Shown in pieces: positions 38,029 to 51,000 of a stretch of 64,000 nucleotides of DNA; the stretch's first letter is position 1, and the number at the start of each line of letters is the position of its first letter. The position numbers and the translations under genes were made by a program. Source of the stretch: Octopus vulgaris (taxonomy: Eukaryota); assembly GCA_951406725.2 (NCBI GenBank), contig OX597838.1, positions 11,594,001 through 11,658,000 of the forward strand, written 5' to 3'. Below the pieces are notes generated by a model that was not told the DNA's origin, searched no databases, and saw only the letters and a list, made by a program, of their open reading frames with translations.

Positions 38029-41000
38029 TCAAAACAGTTTGATTCAAATTCATTGGTACTCTTTAGTTTCAAGTGTGATGCTAGTCATCAGCCATTTTGA
38101 ATTTGAATAACAGAAGTTGATTGTTAATTCCGTAAGATGGGTGCTGTGATAGGTCAAGGAAAGTCACATGGTGTCATGGTTTGATATTGGTATGTGAGTA
38201 ACAGTTAGTTGAAAAATACCACATGGCATCACCAGAGATATTCCCTTCTGGAAAATTTCAGGCCTTTGACTGCCGACAACCCAGATATACCACCTTAGCA
38301 CCAGCTGTTACTTTGCACCAAGGTCACCAGTACCAACCAACCAACCAACCCCAGGACCGCCATTTACCAATCCCCAATGTTTACTAATCCTCAACACATA
38401 CCAACCCCTAACACTTAACTAATCCCCAATGCTTGTTTTACGCATGTATACTTGCACACGCATGCGTATGCGCATGTGCACACATTGGTATGCATCCTAA
38501 TATACATGCGTACATATGAATGGATACGCATGTGTGTATGCAAGAAATTCCACCTGACCCATGCAAATATGGAAATCATCATCATCATTATCATCATTGT
38601 TTAACGTCCGTTTTCCATGCTAGCATGGGTTGGACAGTTCGACCGTGGTCTGGGAAGCCAGGAGGCTGCACCAGGCTCCAGTCTGATCTGGAAGTGTTTC
38701 TACGGCTGGATGCCCTTCCTGACGCCAACCACTCCGTGAGTGTAGTGGGTGCTTTTTACGTGCCACCGGAGGCTGGCAGCGGCCACGATCGGTTGAAAAC
38801 ACTTACTTGAGGTTTAGTGCATAGGATTGAACCCGAAACCATATGATGATGATGAAGGGATCTCCTTCACCACATGACCACCCATGCACATTTATGTTCT
38901 TCTTTCCCATCTCACTGTTACTCATTCTTTAATTTCATCTCTGTTGCAGGCAGTGATGTTTCTCGAAGTATTCTCTGCTTTGCTAAAGGCCAAAAACTTG
39001 GTCCTCATGGTTTAGACTGGTTGAAGATTCACCTTGTTAATCTCACAGGTTTTCAGAAAAGGTAAGGCCATTATGGATTTGTCTATATTCAGTGTACATT
39101 CATTTGCTGTAGTGTTTTTAATCATATCTCTGCTGGATCAGAGCTGACTTGGAGATAAACAATGGCAATATATGCAAACATATACACTTAGTAATATTCA
39201 AGTAATATTTTAATGAAGATGTACTTGCATAGCGAGTGACTTGATCTGAGATCGTGTGCTGGAACGAAAACAATATTTTAATGATTATCTGGAAATATTT
39301 TAGTAATAGTTTGTTAATGTAGTAATATTCTGGTTAATCTCTAGTAACTGTATATTTTGTTAATATTGTACTAATATTCCCTTTATGTTTCTTGTTTCTG
39401 TGTTAGAGCATCCAATAAAGAGAGACTCCAGTTTGCTAACGACCATTTGGAAGATATACTGGATTCTGGAGACAATCCAGTGGAGGTAAATGACAATTTA
39501 AACACATAGACAACTGTGGGGTTATCATCATTTATATCTGTTTTCTATCCTGGAATGAGTTCATTGGTTTGACAGGGTCCAGTGAGCTGCAGAGCTGCAT
39601 CAGGCCCAATGTCAGCTTTGGTATTGTTTCTACAGCTGGATCCCTTCCCTAGAACGTGTAAAAGATTCGAGCGAGGTCATTGCCAGTACCGCCTGACTGG
39701 TCCCCGTGCAGGTGGCACGTAAAAAGCACCCACTACACTCTCAGAGTGGTTGGCGTTAAGAAGGGCATCCAGCTGTAGAAACTCTGCCAGATCAACCCTC
39801 ATTCCTTTTAATACCCTACAAAAACAACGAATTAAATCTTAGCCTTAATGTAAATGAATGGAAAGACCATTGTTTGCTTTTATTTGTTTCTTTGTTTCTC
39901 TCTGTCAGGGATCAAAATGGTGGCAGGCATCAGACAACCCATGGCAGACTCTGGCTTGTTGTAAGGAAATAGCAAAAGCTATTAGATCTCCTAACCCTTC
40001 AGAATTTATTAGTCACTTACCGGTACATCAGGTATAGTATACACACTTTCTATACACCTTTCACAAACCTCTACAAATTTTTTAATATCTACACACACAC
40101 ACACATATAAGTGTACAGAAACCATCCTAAAAAAGTTGTGGAAACCTATTAAGTAATACAAATACTGTCTTTGATGACACAATCTTCAGCTGTGTTTCCA
40201 GCTGAACACTTTTTAACCCATCTACACATCTTTTAACCCATGCACACACATCCTACACTTTTTTTCACTTTCTTAGTTTACTCTCTTGGCTTGATGGTGG
40301 CGGTGGTGGTGGTGGTGGTGAGTACAATGGCTATTTATGTTGTTGAGGCAGATAGTTATTGTCTTCTGATAGAATATTTTATGGCACTGAGCTATCAATG
40401 TAAAATGTGGATGAACAGGGACAATGGAAATATATTGAAGTGGTTCCAAATAATGAGAAAGTTAACAGGTATCACAGAAAAGATGATAAAATATCTAGTT
40501 CTCACCTCATTTAACCCTTTAGTATTTAAACTGGCCATATCCGGCCAAAATATTTAATCTGTTTTCTGTTCAAACTGACCAGATCCAGGCTCTCACACCT
40601 ACCCTACAATGTTAATCTACATTAGGTAATTACACCATCAAGATCTTGAAGGTATGAGATAATGCATGATTAATTCAAATCAATGGGAATCAATAAGCAT
40701 TATGTTTGATTGAATAATCAGAACACTAAAGGGTTAAGTAAAGCAGCAGAATACTGTAGTTAAACAAGTGATAGAGAGATCAGTGATAGAAAATGAAGTT
40801 GTGGAGGGGCAATTTCATGGGAAAATTGTAGGGCTCAACTGTACATATAGGCATTATGCTTCCAGAACATCAATCTCACAGGGATAAGCAGGTTTTCTCA
40901 AACACTAGTTGTCCTGTCCTTTCACATCTCCACTATAAGATTCGAACTTCTGAGATCTGCCTTCACCACTTTGTCCCATGTCTTCTTGGGTCTCCCTCTT

Positions 41001-44000
41001 CTTTATACAGCTGCTCTCATCCATACACATCACAAGGCTATACCAGTGCAGTCTTCCCTCTTGCTCACAACATCTGATTCCTCTTATGCTTAATTCTTCT
41101 CTCAACACATTTACACTTTATCATTCATGCACACTGACATTGCACATCCATCAGATCATGCTCGCTTCATTTCTTTCAAGTATTTACATATCTTCCGCAT
41201 TGAGGGCCCATGTTTCCCTACCATGTCGGTTTTCTGTCAGATTTTATGATGAGTTATTCCAGTTGTTAACATAACTCTCTGTGATCGAATTTAGATGTGA
41301 GTGGCTGAGTTACAGGTAACATTTGACAGGCTTCCACACAATTTCTATGCACCCACTTTCACTTGTAAGGCTTAGGTCACCCAAGATGCCATGCCAGTGT
41401 GTGTGTGTGTTTACACAATAGCTGTGTTCATATAAAACTCTCCATCACTACACAACAGACATCACCAGGTGGTAAGCCACTGCATCATAGCCATTTCATC
41501 ATCAGCAGCATTGTCCATGCTTGCATGGGTCAGATGGAATTAGTTGAGGCAGATTTTGTATGGCAGGACGCCCTTCCTGTCACTAATCCTCACCTGTTTC
41601 CAAGCAAGTCAGTATTTCCCATGACTTGATTATGTTTTCCACAGAAGACTGGAAACGCACAACATTGCTCGTATGATAGTGTAGTCATTTTTACAATCAT
41701 CCCCTGTTGTTAACACAGGAGTACACATGCACACAAAGGGCTTCTTTCACTTTCTGTCTACCAAATCTACTCACAAGACTTCGCTTGACTTGGAGCTTTA
41801 ATAGAAGACCCTTGGCCAAACTGCCATCCTATGGAACTGAACTTGAGAACACATAGTCGAGAAGCCAGTGTCTTAACCACACCTCCATGTCATCAATACA
41901 GTTAACCATTGACCTCCGCCTCTCTTTGCTTTATTTTCTTTAGGATGGATCCTGTAATGGTCTTCAACATTATGCTGCTCTTGGACGTGACCAGGCTGGA
42001 GCTGAGTCAGTGAACCTCTGCCCATTCAACCATCCTAAAGATGTCTACAGTGATATTTGTGAACTGGTAAGGATACAATAATAATATTGTTATTATTTTA
42101 CCCCCACCTCCACTCCTACTCTTCCTTCTTATGTTGTTGCTCTACTGGTTTTAGGTTGGATCAGTAGAGTATTGGTCAAAATACCTTTAAGGCGGCGAGC
42201 TGGTAGAAACGTTAGCATGTCGGGCGAAATGCTTAGCGGTATTTCGGCTGCCGTTACGTTGTAAGTTCAAATTCCGCCGAGGTTGACTTTGCCTTTCATC
42301 CTTTCAGGGTCGATAAGTTAAGTACCAGTTACGCACTGGGGTCGATGTAATCGACTTAATACCTATGTTTGTCTCCTCTATGTTTAGCCCCTTGTGGGCA
42401 GTAAAGAAATAGGTATTTCGTCTATCGTTACATTCTGAGTTCAAATTCTGCCGAGGTTGACTTTGCCTTTCATCCTTTCGGGGTCGATAAATTAAGTACC
42501 AGTTACGCACTGGGGTCGATGCAATCGACTTAATACCTATGTCTGTCCTTGTTTGTCCCCTCTATGTTTAGCCCCTTGTGGGTAATAAAGAAATAGGTAT
42601 TTCTTCCAACTGTTTAGGTTCTGAGTTTTTTTTTTGCCCTTCATCTTTTTGGAGGTTACTGAAGTTGTGTTTGTTTGCTTGATCATGGATAAGTTATTTC
42701 AAGAACCCCTGGATGAATTCAGATGAAACTTTCAGGGATGTTTGGCCTTGTGACTGGCACAGTCTCATTAGACTTTGGGATTGAACTGGTACCGGATTGA
42801 ACAAGGGTTCCGGATTATTTTTCTGATTCTTTTTGCTTTACATATATATGTAAATTTTCACATAGTTCTCTTGTTATTATTATTATTATTAGTTATAGTA
42901 GTACTAATATTATTATTGTTATTTTGTTTGTGTGTCACAGGTGGAAAAGGAGCGTCAGAAAGATGCTGAAAATGATATTGCGGTGGCCCAAAAGCTGGAA
43001 GGATTTGTGAAGAGGAAAGTAAGTTCTCCTCATTGCTGAAGTTGAGATAGAATGGCCAAGTGGGCAGAGGGGTAGGATGTTCAAGTCAACTAATAGCATT
43101 TTATTGTTTCTGGGAGAAAATATTTTATCCTAATCCTACATTACTTCAGTTCATCTATCTGTGTGATACAAGTACCAACAGATCATTACAGACCTGGTGG
43201 TCTACACTGGAAGAAATTTTTTTCTCGTTACAGTATCTTATAGAGAAAAGATGTAATTCTTTATTACCTCAGTTCATATAGCCATGAGAGTGAGGTAAAA
43301 GGTACACCAGATCATATATGGGAAAGTTATCTATGAGACACTCGGTTCAAAGTCTCTCTTGACCAGAAATGGCCTGAACTCTTTGCGTGAACACCCTCCC
43401 TGTACATAACTCCCTGTCCCCCTACATGGCCTTGCTTTTGCTTTTTGAGCCCAAAAATTAACTTGATGTCTTATTTATTTGGGATAGGCTTTTCATTTCT
43501 CATCACAATGTTTTGTAATGATGTACAAGAACTGCTCTACCTTTTTACTTTTCGGTCTTTAAGAGGAACTGGTATCACTAGATCATCTGTGCTTTTTCTG
43601 GGAAGAAAAGTGTCTCTTGTCCACTTGATAGTAGGAATCCAGAATGTTGATGCAGGTGTAGCTGTGTGGTAAGAAGCTGGCAGAATCATTAGCACGTTGG
43701 GCGAAATGCTTTGCAGTTACGTTGTGAGTTCAAATTCTGCCGAGGTCGACTTTGCCTTTCATCCTTTCGGAGTCGATAAATTAAGTACCAGTTAGTTATG
43801 CACTGGGATCGATCTAATCGACTTAATCTGTTTGTCTGTCCTTGTTTGTCCCCTCTATGTTTAGCCCCTTGTGGGCAATAAAGAAATAAGAAGGTTGCTT
43901 CGCAACCACATGGTTTTGTGTTCATTCCTACTGCATGGCAACTTGGTCGAGTGTCTTTTACTATAGCCTTGGGCTGACTAAAGCCTTGTGAGTCGATTTG

Positions 44001-45051
44001 GTAGACGGAAACTGGAAGAAGCTCAATGTGTGTGCATGGGTATATGATTTTGTGTGTGTATTTGTTCCCCCATCACCACTTGACAACTAGTGGTCAATAG
44101 TTATGCACTTACACACACAGTCTCACACACTTATGCACGTACATACGAATACACACAGTCTCACACAGTTATGCGAAACACACACACACACACACTCAAA
44201 CACAGTCTCATAGAGTTACACGCACGCACACATAGATACCTATTTCTTTACTGCCCACACGGGGCTAAACACAGAGAGGACAAACAAGGACAGACAAACG
44301 GATTTAGTCAATTATATCGACCCCCAGTGCGTAACTGGTACTTATTTAATCGACCCCGAAAGGATGAAAGGCAAAGTCGACCTCGGCGGAATTTGAACTC
44401 AGAACGTAGCGGCAGACAAAATACCGGTAAGCATTTCACCCAGCGTGCTAACGATTCTGCCAGCTCGCTGCCTTGAAATACCCATTTCTTTACTACCCAC
44501 AAGGGGCTAAACACAGAGAGGACAAACAAGGACAGACAAACGGATTTAGTCAATTATATCGACCCCCAGTGCGTAACTGGTACTTATTTAATCGACCCCG
44601 AAAGGATGAAAGGCAAAGTCGACCTCGGCGGAATTTGAACTCAGAACGTAGCGGCAGACAAAATACCGGTAAGCATTTCACCCAGCGTGCTAACGATTCT
44701 GCCAGCTCGCTGCCTTGAAATACCCATTTCTTTACTACCCACAAGGGGCTAAACACAGAGAGGACAAACAAGGACAGACAAACGGATTTAGTCAATTATA
44801 TCGACCCCCAGTGCGTAACTGGTACTTATTTAATCGACCCCGAAAGGATGAAAGGCAAAGTCGACCTCGGCGGAATTTGAACTCAGAACGTAACGGCAGA
44901 CAAAATACCGGTAAGCATTTCGCCCGGCGTGCTAACAATTCTGCCAGCTCGCCGCCTTACACACACACACACACAGATACCAGAAGACAATCAGCATCAT
45001 ATTTTTCATTTATTTATTATTTATTGGAACACTAAAATCTTTGTAGGGCTC

Positions 45052-45086
<35 letters not shown>

Positions 45087-48000
45087 GTTTAACATCTGCT
45101 TTCCATGCTAGCATGGGTTGGATGATTTGACCTAAGACTGGTGAGCCAGATGGCTGCACCAGGCTCCAATCTGATCTAGTAGAAATATATTATATATTGG
45201 AAGCACTCCGTCGGTTACGACGATGAGGGTTCCGGTTGATCCGAATCAACGGAACAGCCTGCTCGTGAAATTAACGTGTAAGTGGCTGAGCACTCCACAG
45301 ACACGTGTACCCTTAACGTAGTTCTCGGGGATATTCAGCGTGACACAGAGAGTGACAAGGCCGGCCCTTTGAAATACAGGTACAACAGAAACAGGAAGTA
45401 AGAGTGAGAGAAAGTTGTGGTGAAAGAGTACAGCAGGGATCACCACCATCCCCTGCTGGAGCCTCATGGAGCTTTAGGTGTTTTCGCTCAATAAACACTC
45501 ACAACGCCCGGTCTGGGAATCGAAACTGCGATCTTATGACCGCGAGTCCGCTGCCCTAACCACTGGGCCATTGCACCTCCACATATTATATATTAAATAT
45601 GTTATGAAATATATTACACAGGTTATTAAACAGACAATCATGACTACAGTGTATGGTGTGACCAAGTATGGTGCTAAACATCAGATCCTGAAACAACTGA
45701 AAGATCTGCCGTCGTTCGACCAAGATTACCTGTGGGCTGCCTGTATATACCTTACAGATAAGACCTTCTACTGCCTTAATGAAATGTTCACAGCAGCCAG
45801 AGACATTCAGGTGAGAATTATTTTTATTATTATTACTGTAATCTTGGTCTCTCATCATTAGAGGTGTCGATGTTTATACATGTGTTTATATATATAAGAT
45901 CACTTCACGTGAAACAATTCATCATCATCATCATCGTTTAACGTCCGCTTTCCATGCTAGCATGGGTTGGACGGTTCAACTGGGGTCTGCGAAGCCAGAA
46001 GGCTGCGCCAGGCCCAGTCTGATCTGGCAATGTTTCTACAGCTGGATGCCCTTCCTAATGCCAACCACTCCGTGAGTGCAGTGGGTGCTTTTTATGTGCT
46101 ACCTGCACAGGTGCCAGACGAGGCTGGCAAACGGCCATGATCAGATGGTGCTTTTTACTTGCCAGACGAGGCTGGCAATGGTCACAATCGGATGGTGTTT
46201 TTTATGTGCCACCGGCACGGAGGCCAGTCGGGGTGGCGCTGGCAACGGCCACGCTCGGATAGCCTCATTAACCCATAAATACAGAATGTGTGTATATATT
46301 AAAATTAAGGATGAAATCTACATTAGATGTTATCAAATAGTCAACATGTAATAACCAATTAAGGTAAAAAAATTTATAGAATATATAATTTTATAAGTAC
46401 ACTTATAAAACCATAATAAGGGCTGCAAAGCGATTCTCTGTGTTTAGCCCCTTGTGGGTAGTACAGAAATAAGTATGAAGGACTATTTAAACTTTTGAAG
46501 TTGTGAGTCATTTGTTTTATGTCATTATTGTATGTCTTCTTTCTTCTCTTCCAGATATGGCTGACACTGTGTGCCCACCAGATTTCTACAGTTTGTCAAC
46601 AACCAGTCAACTGGACAACCCCTCTTGGATTGCCAGTTGTGCAGCCCTATCACAAAATTACTTCCATGCAGCGTTGGGGTGTCTCGCATAGCAATCTGTC
46701 TTCAACTTTTGAGTGAGGAACCTTTTTTTTTTTTAATGAAAAATTTATTTTACTTCATGTGTCTTTACTTTGCCTTACTCTGTCTTAATGTGTTGAGTCA
46801 CAAGTTTCATTTGAGTTTGAGTCCATGCTCAGGCCAAGTCGAAGACTCCACCCTCAGAGTCTGGTGTGGTTGCCAGGTTGTATTCTCTGTTTAATTTTGA
46901 CATGTGTAGGAGCGAGTTTGAGTCAGTTTGTGCTCGTTGTGTATATCCTGGGAGATGGGGTTCATCTCTAATGGTGCTTAAGTATCTATCCAGCTGCAAT
47001 TTGAATGATTCCACACTGCATCCTGATAGATTTCTGACATGTACCGGAATGGAGTTGAATAGTTGTGCTCCTCGAACCAACAGACTTGACTCTCGCAGGG
47101 TTTTTGCTGCCTGTTTAACAATATTTTAACAATATTTAACAATAGTTTAACAATATTTTGATAACTTATTTCCTTTATTCATTAAATTACAAAAAAGCAG
47201 CCTAGCATTCTAAGTAGAAGCCATCATGTTGCCCTGTCTGAAGTTATAATTTCTACTAGTTCTTTGATCCCACATTTCTACCAGCTCTTGTCCCTCAAGA
47301 TGAAGAACTCCTTCACTGAACCTTCCACCTCCACTTGCTTAACCACTGCTGATGACACACGACAGAAGTGATTTGCATTTGTCTTCCCTCTGCCTATTCT
47401 ACAGGAGTAATTAAATTTGATCCTGTTCTGTAGACTTCATACTGTTATCATCTAATCTTTCTCAATAACTAATTTATCACGATATCCATTCAAGGGTGCA
47501 TCCAAATACACACACACACACACGTGTGTGTATGGCTGGATTCTTTCAGCTTCTGTTTACTAAATCCATCTGCTAGGCTTTAGACAGTCTGCAGATTTTG
47601 TAAAAGAAACTAAGGTTCGACTCGGTGGGACTGAACCCAAGACCACATGATTAGGGAGCAAATTTCTTAACAACACAACCATGCTCGCCCCATTCTTTAG
47701 TATTACTCTCTCTAATAACATAGTATTATTCTTCTTTTACTGTCCCTTCAGTGTAAATGTCTTTAAAAAGCACCCACTACACTCACGGAGTGGTTGGCAT
47801 TAGGAAGGGCATCCAGCCGTAGAAACATTGCCAGATCAGACTGGGCCTGGTGCAGCCTTCCCTTCTGGCTTCCCAGACCCCAGTTGAACCGTCCAACCTA
47901 TGCTAGCATGGAAAGCGGACACTAAACGAAGATGAGGATGATGATGATGATTTCAATAAATGACCACCTATCCAACTGACAAAACTCAAATCATATATCC

Positions 48001-51000
48001 ATTGCATTTTAGACTTACAGGCTCATAACCAATTACACCATAAAAACCCTGTCATTTACTCTCAGACTTAATTTATACTTTTAGGCCCAACATTGATTCT
48101 GTTGCTTGTTTTTGTTATCCCAAAATGCCTAATATCAATTTTTTGGACTCTATTTTTCCAGAAAGCCAAACTCTGTGAAACAGAAGAATGCATTTCCTCC
48201 CAACTTTGTCCATTCTTTAGACTCTACCCACATGTTGCTGACAGCCCTGCACTGTATCAGGTTGGTAGGCACTATATCATTGATTGGTCTTATTGCACTA
48301 CAGTTTGATTGGTTAATCAATATAGTTATACACCTTTCACTTCCAGTATATTCTCTCATGTTGTGGTTTTAATAAGAAAACTCCTTTTTATATTTTTGCT
48401 GGCTTTGTGCCAAAATTTGAGGATAGAAACCAGGTCTAAACACAATAGCTTATAGACATACTCTGAATGTAGTTCTGCATAAATCTTTAATAATTTTTTT
48501 TATACATAAGACCATCAGAAATGTTAAGATATCAGCCTCTAACCACGTTGTCATGCTTTGATTAAAAGGTTACAGCATAGTTTAGATTACTTAGATAAGT
48601 TTCGGCCAAAGTTGACTCAGGCCATGTCTAATTGAATAGCACCACCTGGAAGAGATACACAGTCAGCTCTGGGGAACCGTAGCCCATTCAAGCAGAGGGT
48701 TATTGTTTACAGAGGCATATCTGGGTGTGGGTGGTTTATCTGGTATTTGTTGTGGGTAATCATCTAGGGATCGTTTGAATGGTGTGAAGTCACTTTCCTC
48801 CTTTATGTGTGTCTGGCATGATGCTGAAGAGAGCAGGTCCAATTGAGGTGAAATAGTTCTGTCATAGTGTTGTGATACAACATGAACATTTCTGTTGTGG
48901 ATGGATGGCACAGGGGCCAAGCCTCGGACGAATTTTAAAGATGAGAAATGTTGATGGAATATTTTCTACATCACACAGATGATATAGACCTCACAGCGGC
49001 AGTGGAGGGAGCAAAGCCTGAGCTTTTTGAGTCGATCCCAATAGTCAAGGCTTGTCATGTCATCCTCCGCAGACTTTTGCCAAGCAGCTCATTTTAAGAT
49101 AGATACGTGAGTAAAATTACTAATAGAGAAACGAAAATAAACTTTGGAAACAGCAATGCCACCATAGGTTACGTGGAAACGATGAACGAGTTTTCAAGGG
49201 AGATAATCGAAGAATGTAACCATGTAATACTTCATGTAAAGTAAATATAACAAATGAAAAATCCGACAAGAATCCCTAAAAATTCCAGGATCACTACCAA
49301 AATTTCATCATCAGTTCCTTGTGTCATCACCAACTTTTCCTGCAAGTTTCATCAAATACCGTTCACAACTTTTTGAGTTATTTTGCACACAGACGGACAG
49401 ATGGACAAATCAACACCGATGAAAAACATAACCTCCTTTCTTGGTGGAGGTGATAAAAGCTGTTTGATGGGTTTGAGTGGCAGAGGCTCTTTTGAAGCAA
49501 AGCCAGAGTTTAGTCTTTGACAGGCTGGGGCTGGTGCATGTGACTTGAATCCAAGCAGATGTATGCAGGATTTCAGCAGCACATTGCTTAAATTCTGTGA
49601 AGGGCACAGTGAGTCAGAAATCATCACCATCACTGTTCGACCGTGGTCGAGACAATGGAATTTACTATGTTACGCCAGACTTCACGGTCCATCATAGCAT
49701 TATGGAGGTCCTGTTGCTGGATGCCTGTATCCCTGGAGATTACATGTGGGTGGATTACACCTCCTATCTTGGCAGCATGGCATGCCTTTTGGCCAAGGAT
49801 GCAAGGTTCTGTGAAATGATGATAACAGCCAAAGATATTCCGGCCACAATGACTAACTGCACAAGAGAGAAGGCCTGTCCAAAACGTGCACTGGGTGATG
49901 AAACTATTCTACGAGCACTTGTTCGGAGTGTAGGCATTGCTGACTTATAGAGCTTTGTTGAGCAACTGTTGACACATGTAGGATGGATCCGGTTATCAGC
50001 CAAGTCCATCATGTGGATTGTCCTGCAGCCTTCTTTTGACTGGGAAGAGAAAGCAGTTTTCCTCTGTCTGGTGGCTCTGGCAAAAGTGGTAGTGTGGTGG
50101 ATGAGGTTGAAAGGACTGAAGACAAATCCTTTCCTCGTCAACCAAGCTCTCATCGACTTTTCCAAGTTCCACTTGAAGAGGAAAGTGAGTGTAGAGGGGA
50201 AAGTGCTACTCCCCAGTATTTTGGTGAAAGGTGGGTAAATGTGGCAACATTAGCCCGTGAATGGGCCTACTCTGAACATGTGGTTTTAAGCCGGAGAAGT
50301 TGAGGAGGAGTGAGTGCCCTTAGTAGTTGGTGTGACCAGGATGTGGGGGAAGAGAGTTTTATTGTTAAATTTTTGTTGTTAATTGTTATTTTATTTTATC
50401 TGTGAATATTGTGTTAAGTCCCATTTGTCCTTTTTTGTTTTGTGTTTGGCCCCTATGACCAACAAAGAAAAGACTATCATTGTATTATTATCATTTATTT
50501 ATTTTGTTTTCAGGTCAGGAATAACATATGTATCTGTTCATGATTGTTTTTGGACTCATGCATCAAGTGTTGAAATAATGAATCAGGTAAAGAAACTGTG
50601 TTTCTGTATGTGCCTCTTTGACACTTATTAATTTATTTACTAAACGGATAATTACAATAATACACATACATATAACATATTATTCTTTACATATAAGATA
50701 TAAAATATAGTAATATATAAGGATACCAGTAATTACACAAGTACCTCGTTTTCATCTACCTATTACTTCAGTCCACTTGAGTAATAAAGGTAGGATGAGG
50801 TATTTTTATCTATTGGCTGAAACAGCTGTAAGTTATTTTCCCAATTTATATTCATAAACTCTCCCCTCTCTCTCTCTCTTTCGGAGAGGCACTGAGCAGC
50901 TATACGCACACATACACACACGGCAGTAACTTCCACCTACTGAATTCAATCACAAAGCTCCGGTCGGCTTGGGGCTATAGTGGAAGACACCTACCCAAAG

